A stretch of 64,000 nt of DNA from an uncultured Alphaproteobacteria bacterium. GTDB taxonomy: Bacteria; Pseudomonadota; Alphaproteobacteria; Methylaequorales; Methylaequoraceae. Positions 25,934-37,536 of this stretch are shown in pieces. Under the pieces are notes generated by a model. That model searched no databases, had not been told where the DNA came from, and saw nothing but the letters and a program-made list of their open reading frames with translations. A program made the translations under genes and the position numbers. Numbering within the stretch: position 1 is the first letter of the stretch; every line of letters starts with the position of its first letter. The stretch is taken from the NCBI GenBank assembly GCA_902563505.1, contig CACEXK010000003.1, positions 19,076 to 83,075 of the forward strand, read 5' to 3'.

Positions 25934-26980
25934 ATGAGAATATATTTATTAATTATTACCTTGATTGTTATCACTGGTTTTTTATTTTTTAAAAAAGAAG
26001 ATGTAGTTGAAGATATCTCAGAAATAGAAAAACAGAAAATAGTGAAAATTAAAAAAATTCTTGAGCAAGAATTTAGTAACAAATTAAGATTAAGTGGTTT
26101 CACAGAGGCATCAAGGGTGGTAACACTAAAAGCTCAAGTTGAAGGTAAAGTTAGTAGTAAATATTTTGACAAAGGATCATCTTACAAAGCAGGTAAACAA
26201 ATTTTGTTAATCGACCCAGAAGATAAGGTGGCCAAATTAAAAGAAATGGAAGCCCTCCTCAATCAAAGAAAAAAAGAATATGAAGTAGCAGAGAATCTTT
26301 TTGAAAAAGGTTTTAGGTCTGAAGTTAAATTAAGTAAATCTAGAACAAACTTTGAGAATGCTCTCGCTTCATACGAACGCAGTCAAGTTGACCTTAATAA
26401 TACAAAGATTCTAATGCCATTCGATAGTATTGTTGAAGAAAGTTTTGTTGAATTAGGAGACTATCTAAAAAAAGGTGATCCACTTGCAAAAATTGTAGAT
26501 CTCGACCCAATATTTGTTAATATCAATGTTTCTGAGAGAGAAATAAAAAAAATTTTTTTGAATCAGAATGCCAGAGCAATTATAGCTGACAAAGTATATC
26601 AAGGATCAGTAAATTATATTTCCAAAACCTCAGATTCTCAAACTAGAAATTTTAAAATTCAAGTTAAAATAAATAATAAAAGAAATGAAATTTTAAGTGG
26701 GTTATCCAGCGAAGTTGAAATACAATTAAATCCTGAAAAAGCCTTTTTCATAGCTTCATCTTTAATTAGTTTAGATGCACAGGGTAGAGTTGGCATCAAA
26801 GTAGTTGAAGAAAAAAAAGTAAGGTTTTTAACAGCAAAAATAATAAGTGATGTGGGAAATGGTTATTGGATAAACTTTGATCAACCTATTAAAAATAAAG
26901 AAATTTTTATTATTACTCAGGGACGAGAATATTCACTAGATGGTGAACTAGTCCAGACTCAAATAGAAACTAATGATTGA
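25934..26980 (+). CDS. RND efflux periplasmic adaptor (MFP/HlyD family)
   Basis: An N-terminal TM segment is followed by lipoyl/coiled-coil/beta-barrel-like segments. It lies directly upstream of, and overlaps, the RND pump gene. Confidence 0.85.
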   Translation: MRIYLLIITLIVITGFLFFKKEDVVEDISEIEKQKIVKIKKILEQEFSNKLRLSGFTEASRVVTLKAQVEGKVSSKYFDKGSSYKAGKQILLIDPEDKVAKLKEMEALLNQRKKEYEVAENLFEKGFRSEVKLSKSRTNFENALASYERSQVDLNNTKILMPFDSIVEESFVELGDYLKKGDPLAKIVDLDPIFVNINVSEREIKKIFLNQNARAIIADKVYQGSVNYISKTSDSQTRNFKIQVKINNKRNEILSGLSSEVEIQLNPEKAFFIASSLISLDAQGRVGIKVVEEKKVRFLTAKIISDVGNGYWINFDQPIKNKEIFIITQGREYSLDGELVQTQIETND

Positions 26981-29900
26981 TAAATTATTAAACTCATCAA
27001 AATTACTACTAACTCTTTTATTTTTTTTGATATCTTTTGGTTTTTATCAATATAACTCTCTTCCTAAAGAATCTGATCCTGATATAAGCTTACCAGTAAT
27101 TTATATTTCACTATCTCTTAAGGGAATTTCCCCAGAAGATTCAGAAAGACTTTTGGTAAAGCCGCTTGAAAAAGAATTAAAAAACATTGAGGGTCTGAAA
27201 AAATTATCTTCAACCTCTTTTCAAGGTGGAGGAAATATTGTACTTGAATTTGATGCTGGGTTTAATTCAGTAAAAGCTCTTTCAGACACAAGAGAAAAAG
27301 TAGATTTAACAAAAAATAAATTACCGGAAGATGCTGATGAGCCAAGAATATTTGAAGTTAACTTATCAAGGTTTCCAGTTTTAGCAGTAGCAATATCAGG
27401 TGAAGTTGATGAAAGAATTCTCAATAATTACGCAAAGATTTTAAGGGAAAATATTGAAATGATTTCTGAAGTTCTAGAAGTCAAAACATTAGGAGAAAAT
27501 GAAAGAGTAGTAGAAATAATTGTAAACCCTCGTGATGTAGAAAATTATGGATTAACTAATAAAGAAGTAATATCTTCAATATCAAAAAGTAATTTTATGA
27601 TTGCAGCTGGAACTTTGAGTAATGACAAGGGAAGCTTCAATGTTCAAGTGCCAAGTTTAATTGAAAGTCGACAAGATTTATTAAATATTCCAATAAAATC
27701 AAATAACTTTTCAGTTATCAAACTTGGTGATGTAGCCGAAATAAGAGATTCATTCAGAGAAAAAAAGGGATACGCACGAAATAACGGTGAAAAAGCAATT
27801 ATTCTAGAAGTTTCCAAACGCTCCGGCGAAAATATTATTGATACAATTGATAAAATTAAGAATGAAGTTTTCAAATTAAAAAATAATCTTCCAGAGTTCA
27901 TTAATATTAATTTTTTTCAAGATGAATCTGAAAAGATCAGAACTCAGGTAAGTGACCTTGAGAACAATGTAATTTTAGCAACAATAATTGTATTTATAAT
28001 AATTTTCTTATTCATGGGTTGGAAATCCTCAATTCTCGTTAGTATTTCAATTCCATTTTCTTTTCTACTCTCTATGATTATTTTGTCCTTTTTTAATGTC
28101 ACTATAAATGTTGTTGTACTTTTTTCTTTAATTTTATCAGTGGGTATACTAATCGATGGAGCAATAATTGTAGTTGAGTATGCTAATAGAAGAGCAAATG
28201 AAGGAATTGGGAAGACAAAGGTATTTATTTTATCTGCAAAAAAAATGTTCATTCCTGTGTTAGCATCAACATCAACAACTTTAGCAGCATTCTTCCCTTT
28301 AATATTTTGGCCGGGAATAGCTGGCGAGTTCATGTTTTTTCTTCCAGTAACCTTACTGGCAGTCTTGTCTTCTTCTTTAGTAATGGCACTTATATTTATA
28401 CCCGTAATAGGAAAAATCGCGGGCAATGACATACCATATTCCAAGAAAGAAATCGAAAATTTAAATCTTTTAGAAAAGGGAGAATTAAAAAATATTAAGG
28501 GTATACAGGGCAAATATATTGAATTCATGAGATATAGTCTTGATAATCCTAAAAAACTCATTTTTCTGAGCATTGTTGTTCTTGTTATGATACAGGTTAT
28601 CTACGCAAGATTTGGGAAAGGATTTGAATTTTTTCCACCCATAGAACCTGACTATGCTGAAATAGTAATTCATGCAAAAGGTAATTTTTCTGCAAGAGAA
28701 AAAGATGAAATCGTTAGTAATATCGAAAAAGAAATCCTAAAAAATAAATTCATAAAAAATATATACTCTAGGAGCGGATCTGTTAAAGGAGAAAAAAGAA
28801 GCGAAGCTGAAGATGTAATTGGATCTATAAAAATTGAATTAATAAATTGGAAAAAAAGACCAAAAGCTAATTTTATAATAAATGAACTTAAAAAAAAAAC
28901 TCAAAAGTTTTCTGGTTTGTATCTAGAATTTATTGAAAAACAGGATGGCCCACCAAAGGATAAGGATGTTGAAATTATAGTCACGAATAATAATGTGGAA
29001 GATTTAATTAATGATACCTCTAAAATGGTGAATTTCCTTAAAAATTCATCGTGGGTTAAAAATCTTGACTCAAACCTATCAGTTCCTGGGGTCGAATGGG
29101 AATTAAAAATAGACAGAGTCAAGGCAGATCAACACGGGATAGGAATAGAATTGATAGGTAATTCAATTCAAATGTTAACTCATGGTCTGAAAGTAACTGA
29201 TTTTATGCCGGAAGATAGTGATGAAGAGGTAGATATAATCGTTAAATACGAAAAACAATTTAGAACACTTGATGAACTTGATAATATAATAATTGATGGT
29301 AAAAATGGTCCAGTTTCCTTGAGCCTTTTTGTTGAAAGAAGACCTAAGAAAAAAACTGGAAATATTACAAGATATAATTCTACTAGGTCTAAAAATATTA
29401 AATTTGATGTTATTGATGGTGAACTAGCAAACAATAAAGTTATAGAAATTAAAAAATGGTTAATAGAAAGGGGAGATAATTTTTCCTCTAGAATAATTTT
29501 CACCGGTCAAGAAGAGGATCAAAATGAAGCCAAATCATTTCTAATCAAAGCTTTTTTTATTGCAATTTTTCTAATTACTATAATTTTAATTACGACTTTT
29601 AACAGTTTTTATTTCTGTTTTATCATATTGTCGGCAATAATCTTTTCTACAATTGGGGTTATGGTAGGTCTAATTATTTCTGCAAAACCTTTTGGTATAA
29701 TAATGACAGGAATAGGTGTGATTGCACTTGCGGGTATTGTTGTCAACAACAATATTGTTCTTCTTGATACTTATAAAGAGCTTAAAACGAGAGGTGAGAA
29801 TACCAAAAACACCATATTACGAACAGGTGCTCAAAGACTTAGACCAGTTATGTTAACAACTCTAACGACATTTTTTGGTCTTATACCAATGGCAATTGGT

Positions 29901-30077
29901 TTAAATATAAATTTCTTAGAGCTTCAAATTAACTTTGATAGTCCTAGTTCGCAATGGTGGTTACAGCTTTCAAATGCAATTGTTTTTGGGGTAATGTTTT
30001 CTTTTTTACTTACGCTTGTGATAACCCCTTGTTTAATAATAATTGGAGAAAAAAATAAATTTCTCAGGTCTTTCTAA
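26973..30077 (+). CDS. RND (AcrB-like) efflux transporter, 1034 aa
   Basis: It has 12-TM topology with two large periplasmic loops and an AcrB-family N-terminus and conserved TM4 region. No outer-membrane factor gene is adjacent. Confidence 0.9.
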   Translation: MIDKLLNSSKLLLTLLFFLISFGFYQYNSLPKESDPDISLPVIYISLSLKGISPEDSERLLVKPLEKELKNIEGLKKLSSTSFQGGGNIVLEFDAGFNSVKALSDTREKVDLTKNKLPEDADEPRIFEVNLSRFPVLAVAISGEVDERILNNYAKILRENIEMISEVLEVKTLGENERVVEIIVNPRDVENYGLTNKEVISSISKSNFMIAAGTLSNDKGSFNVQVPSLIESRQDLLNIPIKSNNFSVIKLGDVAEIRDSFREKKGYARNNGEKAIILEVSKRSGENIIDTIDKIKNEVFKLKNNLPEFININFFQDESEKIRTQVSDLENNVILATIIVFIIIFLFMGWKSSILVSISIPFSFLLSMIILSFFNVTINVVVLFSLILSVGILIDGAIIVVEYANRRANEGIGKTKVFILSAKKMFIPVLASTSTTLAAFFPLIFWPGIAGEFMFFLPVTLLAVLSSSLVMALIFIPVIGKIAGNDIPYSKKEIENLNLLEKGELKNIKGIQGKYIEFMRYSLDNPKKLIFLSIVVLVMIQVIYARFGKGFEFFPPIEPDYAEIVIHAKGNFSAREKDEIVSNIEKEILKNKFIKNIYSRSGSVKGEKRSEAEDVIGSIKIELINWKKRPKANFIINELKKKTQKFSGLYLEFIEKQDGPPKDKDVEIIVTNNNVEDLINDTSKMVNFLKNSSWVKNLDSNLSVPGVEWELKIDRVKADQHGIGIELIGNSIQMLTHGLKVTDFMPEDSDEEVDIIVKYEKQFRTLDELDNIIIDGKNGPVSLSLFVERRPKKKTGNITRYNSTRSKNIKFDVIDGELANNKVIEIKKWLIERGDNFSSRIIFTGQEEDQNEAKSFLIKAFFIAIFLITIILITTFNSFYFCFIILSAIIFSTIGVMVGLIISAKPFGIIMTGIGVIALAGIVVNNNIVLLDTYKELKTRGENTKNTILRTGAQRLRPVMLTTLTTFFGLIPMAIGLNINFLELQINFDSPSSQWWLQLSNAIVFGVMFSFLLTLVITPCLIIIGEKNKFLRSF

Positions 30078-30780
30078 AATCATAAATTGCAAACGGAATA
30101 CTAACATAATAAACAGAAATTAAAATAATCATTGCTAACCAGAAGTCAGTTAAAAGTAAAGACAAATAACTGGCTAGCAAAACAATTAAAAAAGGCAAAT
30201 ATTTTTTTTCAAATTTTATGCCCTTTAACGAATATGTTGGGATGTTTGAAATCATTAAGATAGCTGGAAATATAAGATAAAACTTTATAAAAAAATCATT
30301 AACAAAAAAGTTTGAGTTAAATCTAAAATTTATCATCATTGGTAATAAAGTTAAACCTGCTGCAGCTGGCGTAGAAACACCTGAAAAAAACTTAATTTTT
30401 TTTAAACTAGACTCACTTTCTAAGCTTGTAATATTAAATTTTGCAAGTCTTGATGATGAACAGATTGCATAAAAAATTACCATTGCCCACACCCCATCAA
30501 TCGATAAAGATTGAGACCATAAATAAATGATTATTGCAGGGGTTACACCAAAACTAATCAGATCTGATAAAGAATCCAATTCAATTCCAAAATTAGAGTT
30601 TGTTTTGAGTAATCTTGCTAACTTACCATCTAAATTATCAAGAAAAGAAGCAAATACAATTAAAGAAACGGAAATTTGCCATTTTTGATCAATTGCAAAT
30701 TTTAAAGCAGTAAGACCAAGTGTTAATGAGAAAAAGGTGAATAAGTTAGGAATCAAACTCCGAAGTGATAACTTTTTCAT
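30064..30780 (-). CDS. pssA: CDP-diacylglycerol--serine O-phosphatidyltransferase
   Basis: It carries the CDP-alcohol phosphatidyltransferase motif (DNLDGKLARL...GIELDSLSDLISFG) and is adjacent to psd. Confidence 0.88.
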   Translation of the reverse strand: MKKLSLRSLIPNLFTFFSLTLGLTALKFAIDQKWQISVSLIVFASFLDNLDGKLARLLKTNSNFGIELDSLSDLISFGVTPAIIIYLWSQSLSIDGVWAMVIFYAICSSSRLAKFNITSLESESSLKKIKFFSGVSTPAAAGLTLLPMMINFRFNSNFFVNDFFIKFYLIFPAILMISNIPTYSLKGIKFEKKYLPFLIVLLASYLSLLLTDFWLAMIILISVYYVSIPFAIYDFRKT

Positions 30781-30783
30781 TTG

Positions 30784-31512
30784 TCATTTAGATTTAATAT
30801 TTTTAAAATCAGCAAGAATCGTTTCTCCAGAAATTGAAATTTGACCTTTAAAAATGTTAGTTTTAAATTCTTTTGGCACATAAACATCTACTCTGCTTCC
30901 AAATCGAATAATTCCAAATCTTTCTCCAACTTTAACTGATTGATTTTCAGTTAAATCGCATTTTATCCTTCTTGCAATTAAACCTGCAATTTGAACGACA
31001 TAAATAAATAAATCTTTTGAAATTTCTATTTTAGTTACCATTCTTTCATTGTCTTCACTTGACTTATCAAGTGAAGCATTAAAAAAAGCTCCTGGTATGT
31101 ATTTGAGCCAAACTATTTTTCCAGAAACGGGAATTCTATTTACATGGACATTAAATACATCCATGAAAATTGAAATTTTTTTCATTTCGAGTTGTTTTTT
31201 ATCGACTAGATTCTCAGGGCTTTTTGCTGTGTCAATAGATAATATTTTCCCATCAGCAGGTGAAACAATTATTTTTTGATCATCTGGAATCACTCTCTCA
31301 GGATCTCTAAAAAAATAAACACACCAAATAGTAATTAAAAAACCTAACCAACCTAAAAATTCTGAAAGTGTTGATAATAATAATGAAACTAAAAAAAATA
31401 TTATTATAAAAGGATATCCAGCAGAGTTGATAGGAGGAAGATATTTTTTCAATGATTCAACTTCATTAAAAAAAGAATCCAACTTTCCAGGCTGTCGATT
31501 GTCTTTATTCAT
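30784..31512 (-). CDS. psd: Phosphatidylserine decarboxylase proenzyme (short form)
   Basis: It shows family blocks and a C-terminal self-cleavage region (...GERFGIIRFGSRVDVYVP). Confidence 0.9.
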   Translation of the reverse strand: MNKDNRQPGKLDSFFNEVESLKKYLPPINSAGYPFIIIFFLVSLLLSTLSEFLGWLGFLITIWCVYFFRDPERVIPDDQKIIVSPADGKILSIDTAKSPENLVDKKQLEMKKISIFMDVFNVHVNRIPVSGKIVWLKYIPGAFFNASLDKSSEDNERMVTKIEISKDLFIYVVQIAGLIARRIKCDLTENQSVKVGERFGIIRFGSRVDVYVPKEFKTNIFKGQISISGETILADFKNIKSK

Positions 31513-32479
31513 ATAACTTTACTTTTTTTTTATTAGGTATATTAAAAACTTGTCCAGGAAAAATTAAATCAGGGTCTTTAATTTTTTCTAAATTATTTTT
31601 GTAAATTTCGGAATAAAAAATACCTCCACCCAATATTCTTCTAGCTATTCTCCACAAACTATTCCCATCTTCTACTACAACTTTTTTTGTTATAAGCATG
31701 TTTTTCTTTATTTTACTATTAAAGATTGGTGTTTTAATTATTATTTCTTGGTTTCTTATCATCCCAACCAACTTTAAATTATATTCGAGAAATTTTATAT
31801 CATCAGAAAAAAAATTCCAGTACCCTTCCTCATCTGATGTTATATTTCCAACAAACTCTCCTGATAGAAAAACTTTTACATTTGAACCTGGACTTGCTCT
31901 TCCCTTCAAAATAAACTTTTTATTGGATGAATATTCAACCAAATCGAGTGAAAGACCTTCAATAATATTTCCATCGCTTAATAATTCTAAACCTTCATTA
32001 TCAGTGTTTGAAAATCTAATTATTTTAGGGACATTTTTTGATCCATCTTCGAGGAAAACAATAACATTTTCATCTGAAATATGTTCATTTCCATTATCAT
32101 CAACATGTTTTAGAGAAAATTTTTTTATTCCTTCATCTAAAGGAGAGTCGCTCATCCAGATCCAGTCACCATATTCATCAGAAAAAGTAGAACCAATTTT
32201 TTCATTGCCATCATAAATTTGAACTTCAATTTTGGGTTGAGTTTTACCGGCAATTATAGTATCTCCCGATGGACTCATTCTTACAATATCAAAGGTCAAA
32301 TCAATAGAGTGATCAAAATCTTTATTTATTTTTTTGTCATAATTTTCTGTATATTCTCTAATTTCAGCATTTTCATTATCATCTTTTGTTACATTCAAAT
32401 CATCATTAAATGGTAAAAAAATGTAAATAAATAATGCAACACTAATAAGAGTTGAAAGTATTAAAATTTCTCTTTTCAT
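31505..32479 (-). CDS. LysM-domain periplasmic protein
   Basis: An N-terminal TM/signal segment is present, and the C-terminal LysM domain reads (DGNSLWRIARRILGGGIFYSEIYKNNLEKIKDPDLIFPGQVFNIP). Confidence 0.8.
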   Translation of the reverse strand: MKREILILSTLISVALFIYIFLPFNDDLNVTKDDNENAEIREYTENYDKKINKDFDHSIDLTFDIVRMSPSGDTIIAGKTQPKIEVQIYDGNEKIGSTFSDEYGDWIWMSDSPLDEGIKKFSLKHVDDNGNEHISDENVIVFLEDGSKNVPKIIRFSNTDNEGLELLSDGNIIEGLSLDLVEYSSNKKFILKGRASPGSNVKVFLSGEFVGNITSDEEGYWNFFSDDIKFLEYNLKLVGMIRNQEIIIKTPIFNSKIKKNMLITKKVVVEDGNSLWRIARRILGGGIFYSEIYKNNLEKIKDPDLIFPGQVFNIPNKKKVKLYE

Positions 32480-32553
32480 ATAAAAAAACTATTTTTCATA
32501 ATAATATATCTAAATTTTCTTGTTTAAAAGAGAATAAAATATTAAAAAGACAA

Positions 32554-33762
32554 ATGCCTATAATACAAGTTAGCAATCCTATAGTCGATATTAATGGAGA
32601 TGAAATGGCCCGAGTTATTTGGGAAAAAATCTCTGATGAACTAATAGATCCTTTTATTAATGTGAAAAAAATAAAGTATGACCTAGGAATAAAAAGTAGA
32701 GACAACACTGGTGATAAAATAACAATTGATGCTGCAAATTCAATTAAAAGAAATAAAGTTGGGATCAAGTGCGCGACTATTACACCCGATGATAAAAGAA
32801 TTAAAGAATTTAATTTAAAAGCAAAATATCCATCACCTAATGGTACTATACGCAATATTATTAATGGAACAATTTTTAGAGAACCAATAATAATTAAAAA
32901 TATTCCTAAAATAGTTTCACATTGGGATAATCCAGTTGTAATAGCAAGACATGCCTACGGTGATATATATCGGTCTAAAGAAATACAAATTAAAGAAAAG
33001 GGTGAATTAAAATTATCATTTAAAAGTAAAGATAAAAAAAAAACTATTGTTGAGAAAGTATTTGATTTTAATTCTCCTGGAGTTGGGATTAGTTATTATA
33101 ATTCAAACAGATCAATCAAAGATTTTGCATTATGTTGTTTTAACTTTGCATTAAAAAGAAAGATGCCACTATTTTTATCAACTAAAAATACAATTTTACA
33201 AAAATATGATGAAAAATTTAAAGAAATTTTTGAAAACCTCTATCAAAAAGAGTTTAAAAAAAAATTTCAAAGGAATAAAATATCATATCAACACAGATTG
33301 ATTGATGATATGGTTGCATGCCTTATGAAATGGAGTGGAGGATTTATCTGGGCTTGTAAAAATTATGATGGAGATGTTATGTCTGATCTTGTTGCACAAG
33401 GTTACGGATCACTGGGTTTAATGACATCGGTCTTGCAGAGTCCTGATGGGAAAATAATTGAAACTGAAGCTGCTCATGGAACAATTACAAGTCACTACAA
33501 ACAATTTAAAAATGGGATTCAAACTTCTACTAACCCAATTGCTTCAATATTTGCTTGGACAAGAGGCTTGGCTCACAGAGCGTACTTAGACAAAAATACA
33601 AAATTAAAAAAATTTTGCATTAATTTAGAAAAAATCTGTATTAACATAATCGAAAAAGGTCAAATGACTAAGGATTTAGCTCTCATGGTAGGCCCAGATC
33701 AAAAATGGTTAACAACAAATGATTTTTTTAAATTAATAAGAAATAGAATTGAAAATTCATAG
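32554..33762 (+). CDS. icd: NADP-dependent isocitrate dehydrogenase (eukaryote-like type II homodimeric class)
   Basis: Recognised from MPIIQVSNPIVDINGDEMARVIWEKI..., ...ATITPDDKR..., ...DGDVMSDLVAQGYGSLGLMTS... The start was moved to the ATG at 32554, because the track start 32452 would overlap the divergent LysM gene. Confidence 0.93.
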   Translation: MPIIQVSNPIVDINGDEMARVIWEKISDELIDPFINVKKIKYDLGIKSRDNTGDKITIDAANSIKRNKVGIKCATITPDDKRIKEFNLKAKYPSPNGTIRNIINGTIFREPIIIKNIPKIVSHWDNPVVIARHAYGDIYRSKEIQIKEKGELKLSFKSKDKKKTIVEKVFDFNSPGVGISYYNSNRSIKDFALCCFNFALKRKMPLFLSTKNTILQKYDEKFKEIFENLYQKEFKKKFQRNKISYQHRLIDDMVACLMKWSGGFIWACKNYDGDVMSDLVAQGYGSLGLMTSVLQSPDGKIIETEAAHGTITSHYKQFKNGIQTSTNPIASIFAWTRGLAHRAYLDKNTKLKKFCINLEKICINIIEKGQMTKDLALMVGPDQKWLTTNDFFKLIRNRIENS

Positions 33763-33828
33763 TCACTTGTTTAAACCATTTTGTGTCTAAATCTATTAAT
33801 TTTCTCATAATTAATTATAAAGATTCCT

Positions 33829-36459
33829 CTACAATGATTCTTTAAGAAACTTTTTTAAATGCTCAATTTTATCAGAAAATGGGGCACCTCCCTGGGCTAG
33901 ATCTTTCCGACCACCTCCACCTTTACCATCAAGGAATTTAACAATTTTTTTTAGTTTTTCTACTGCATCAACTTTTTGAAATAAATCATTAGTTACAGAA
34001 ACTACAATCGATATTTTTTTTTCATGATTAGTTGCCAAAACAATTAAGCCTGATTTAAATTTATTTTTGACAATATCTGAGAGATTTTTTAAATCCTTGG
34101 GATTCACATCTAACTTTTGAAAATAAACTTTATATGATGAATTGATGATTATCTTTTCTTCTGAATAGTTTATTTGTGATTTACTAGATTCTTTTTTTAA
34201 TTCTGTTACATCATTTTTAAGATTAATAATTTTTTCTTTGATATTCTCATCTGAGGCTCTAAGTAAATCTTTAATTTCATTTAATAAAACTATTTTTTTG
34301 GAAAAATAGTTATTAACTTGCTCACCTGTAATTGCCTCAATTCTTCTTACACCAGATGAAACCGATGCTTCGCTAATTATTTTAAATGATCCAATCTGTC
34401 CTGTTGATTCCGCATGAGTACCACCACATAATTCAATGGAAGAAAAATTACTTTTTGCAGTTTTATTAACAAAAAAGATTACCCGAGCTTTTTCAGGGTA
34501 TTTCTCACCAAATAAAGCAATAGCTCCTTTTTTAATAGCATCTTTAGCTGGCATGAAGTCAACACTGAGTTGAATATTTGATCTGATTGATAAATTGACC
34601 ATTTTTTCAATTTTTAAAAGCTGATCATCTTTTAATTGGTCATTAAAAGTAAAATCAAATCTTAACTTTTGTTCATTTACTAATGATCCCTTTTGACTAA
34701 CATGATCACCAAGTGTTTGTCTCAAAGCCTCATGAAGAAGATGAGTAGCAGAATGATTATTTTTAATTTTTTCTCTCCTTTCGTCATCAATAACCAAATT
34801 ATATTTTTCATTCACAGAAACAGGTAATTCGTTTTTCTCTAAAATGTGAAGAAAAATATCTCCATCAATTTTCTTTGTATCAATTATTCTGCCAACAAGC
34901 TCTCCATCTAAGTTAAATAAATTTCCGGTATCTCCAACCTGTCCACCTGATTCCCCGTAAAATGGAGTTTTGTCAAAAATCAAAATAATATTATTTTGAT
35001 TTTTACTTAAAGATTTTTCAAATTTGTTATTTTTTATTATTTTTGAAAGTTTTGATAAACAAGATTTTTTTTCGTAACCTAAAAATTTTGTTGCTTTTTC
35101 ATTTCCTTTCAATTCAAGAAAAATTCTTTCATTACTTTCTTGACCAGTTCCAGTCCATGTTTCTTTTTGTTTTAACTTATTAGCTTTTACTATGGATTCA
35201 TAATCATTTTTATTTAATTTAAATTTCTTTTCAGCTAAAATATTTTGAGTCAGATCTATCGGAAAACCATATGTATCATATAATTTAAAGGCTAACTCAG
35301 CGGGGAATTCTTTATTCTTCATATTTTTAATCTTTTTATCTAACAAACTTAAACCAATCTCTAAAGTTTCAGAAAACTTTTCTTCCTCATTTCTTAAATT
35401 TTTTTCAATAAATGGTGTTCGTTTGTCTAATTCATAATAAAACTTGGAATATTTCCTAACCACAGATTGTACTAGCTTATTCAAGATTATTGCTCCAGGT
35501 TCAAGTTTATAAACTTGCAATAATGTTCTTCTTATTATTCTTCTTAAAACATAACCTCTTCCCTCATTAGATGGGAGAATACCTTCAGACATTAACATGC
35601 AAATAGATTTGATATGATCTGAGATAATTCTGAATGCTGATAAATTATTATTATCAATTTTTTGATTTAAATAAATTTCAATTTCAGAAAAAATATATTC
35701 AAATAAATCAGTTTCATAATTATTTGTTTTGTTACTCAAAAGAGCCGTAATTCTCTCAAGTCCCATTCCAGTATCAACGCATTTTACAGGAAGATCTTTT
35801 AGATCTTTTTTATTTTTTTCATATTGCATAAAAACAAGATTCCATATTTCAACATATCTATCACCATCTTGATTTTTACTACCTGGCTTTCCTCCGCTAA
35901 TGTTATCACCATTATCAAAGAAAATCTCACTACAGGGTCCACAAGGACCTGTTTCTCCCATTGTCCAAAAATTATCAACGGAACTTATCTCGATTATTTG
36001 ACTGTTCGACAAATTAGAAATTTTTTTCCACAGCTTAGCTGATTCATTGTCATCTTTATAAACAGTAATTATTAGTTTTTTAGAATTTATAGAAAATTCC
36101 TTTATTAATAAATGCCATGCAAGTTCTATTGCCCTCTCTTTAAAATAACCACCAAAAGAAAAATTACCCAACATTTCAAAAAATGTATGGTGTCTTGGTG
36201 TAAAACCAACATTTTCTAAATCATTATGTTTCCCACCTGCTCTTAAACATTTTTGAATAGTTACAACATTCTCATATTTTGCTATTTCGTTTCCAGTAAA
36301 CCAGTTTTTAAACTGTACCATCCCAGAGTTAGTAAATAAAAGTGATGGATCATTAATAGGTATTAACGGAGAAGAAGCAATTTCGTTGTGAGAGTTTTGC
36401 TTAAAAAAATTTATAAAACTTTTTCTTATTTTATGCGATATGTCAGAAAAATCCTGCAT
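33829..36459 (-). CDS. alaS: Alanine--tRNA ligase
   Basis: Class II motifs, the editing domain (HSATHLLH...CGGTH) and a C-terminal DHHA1-like GGGGRKDLAQGG are present. The protein is 876 aa. Confidence 0.97.
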   Translation of the reverse strand: MQDFSDISHKIRKSFINFFKQNSHNEIASSPLIPINDPSLLFTNSGMVQFKNWFTGNEIAKYENVVTIQKCLRAGGKHNDLENVGFTPRHHTFFEMLGNFSFGGYFKERAIELAWHLLIKEFSINSKKLIITVYKDDNESAKLWKKISNLSNSQIIEISSVDNFWTMGETGPCGPCSEIFFDNGDNISGGKPGSKNQDGDRYVEIWNLVFMQYEKNKKDLKDLPVKCVDTGMGLERITALLSNKTNNYETDLFEYIFSEIEIYLNQKIDNNNLSAFRIISDHIKSICMLMSEGILPSNEGRGYVLRRIIRRTLLQVYKLEPGAIILNKLVQSVVRKYSKFYYELDKRTPFIEKNLRNEEEKFSETLEIGLSLLDKKIKNMKNKEFPAELAFKLYDTYGFPIDLTQNILAEKKFKLNKNDYESIVKANKLKQKETWTGTGQESNERIFLELKGNEKATKFLGYEKKSCLSKLSKIIKNNKFEKSLSKNQNNIILIFDKTPFYGESGGQVGDTGNLFNLDGELVGRIIDTKKIDGDIFLHILEKNELPVSVNEKYNLVIDDERREKIKNNHSATHLLHEALRQTLGDHVSQKGSLVNEQKLRFDFTFNDQLKDDQLLKIEKMVNLSIRSNIQLSVDFMPAKDAIKKGAIALFGEKYPEKARVIFFVNKTAKSNFSSIELCGGTHAESTGQIGSFKIISEASVSSGVRRIEAITGEQVNNYFSKKIVLLNEIKDLLRASDENIKEKIINLKNDVTELKKESSKSQINYSEEKIIINSSYKVYFQKLDVNPKDLKNLSDIVKNKFKSGLIVLATNHEKKISIVVSVTNDLFQKVDAVEKLKKIVKFLDGKGGGGRKDLAQGGAPFSDKIEHLKKFLKESL

Positions 36460-36494
36460 TAATTTATAATTGATTATAAAAAGACTTTTAGGAA

Positions 36495-37532
36495 TTAATC
36501 AACACTGATTTCTTGATCAGCAACATCTTGACTTGAATCTTCAGAATTTGATTCTTTTTTTCCTGAAGATCTTATTGAATCTTCTATTTTTTTTGAAATT
36601 TCAGAATTTTCTTTTAGAAATATTTTTGCATTTTCTCTACCCTGACCTATTCTATCGCCATCATATGAATACCATGCACCAGATTTTTCAACCAAACCAG
36701 TCTTACTTGCTAAATCTAATATCTCACCAGTTTTTGATATTCCTTCACCATACATAATATCAAACTCAACCGTTTTGAAAGGAGGAGCTAGTTTGTTTTT
36801 TACAATTTTTACTCTAGTTTGATTCCCAATAACCTCATCTCTGTCTTTAATAGCTCCAATTCTTCTTATGTCCATTCTTATAGATGCATAAAATTTTAAT
36901 GCATTTCCTCCAGTTGTTGTTTCAGGGTTACCAAACATCACACCAATTTTTTGCCTGATCTGATTAATAAAAATTACTAATGACTTAGATCTTGAAATTG
37001 AACCTGTTAACTTCCTGAGTGCCTGGCTCATCAATCTTGCATGTAATCCCATATGAGAATCTCCCATATCACCCTCGATCTCAGCTCTTGGCACAAGTGC
37101 TGCTACGGAATCAATTACTAAAACATCAACTGCATTTGAATTCACAAGTGTATCAGCAATTTCTAATGCTTGCTCACCATTATCAGGTTGAGAAATTAAC
37201 ATTTCATCAGTATCAACTCCTAACTTCTTAGCATAAACCGGATCAAGAGCATGCTCGGCATCGATAAACGCGCATGTACCTTTATCTTTTTGAGCCTCGG
37301 CAATTACATGTAAAGCTAATGTAGTTTTACCTGAACTTTCAGGCCCATAAATTTCCACTATTCTTCCTTTTGGCAGTCCCCCTATACCCAATGCGACATC
37401 AAGACTTAACGAACCAGAGGAAATAGTATCAATTTCTATTACCTCTCGTTCTCCCAATTTCATAACTGAGCCTTTACCAAAATTTCTTTCTATTTGGCTT
37501 ATTGTAGACTCAAGTGATTTTAATTTATCCAT
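36495..37532 (-). CDS. recA: Recombinase A
   Basis: [12 protein letters not shown], ...[11 protein letters not shown]..., ...[31 protein letters not shown]... are all present. Confidence 0.98.
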   Translation of the reverse strand: MDKLKSLESTISQIERNFGKGSVMKLGEREVIEIDTISSGSLSLDVALGIGGLPKGRIVEIYGPESSGKTTLALHVIAEAQKDKGTCAFIDAEHALDPVYAKKLGVDTDEMLISQPDNGEQALEIADTLVNSNAVDVLVIDSVAALVPRAEIEGDMGDSHMGLHARLMSQALRKLTGSISRSKSLVIFINQIRQKIGVMFGNPETTTGGNALKFYASIRMDIRRIGAIKDRDEVIGNQTRVKIVKNKLAPPFKTVEFDIMYGEGISKTGEILDLASKTGLVEKSGAWYSYDGDRIGQGRENAKIFLKENSEISKKIEDSIRSSGKKESNSEDSSQDVADQEISVD

Positions 37533-37536
37533 AAAT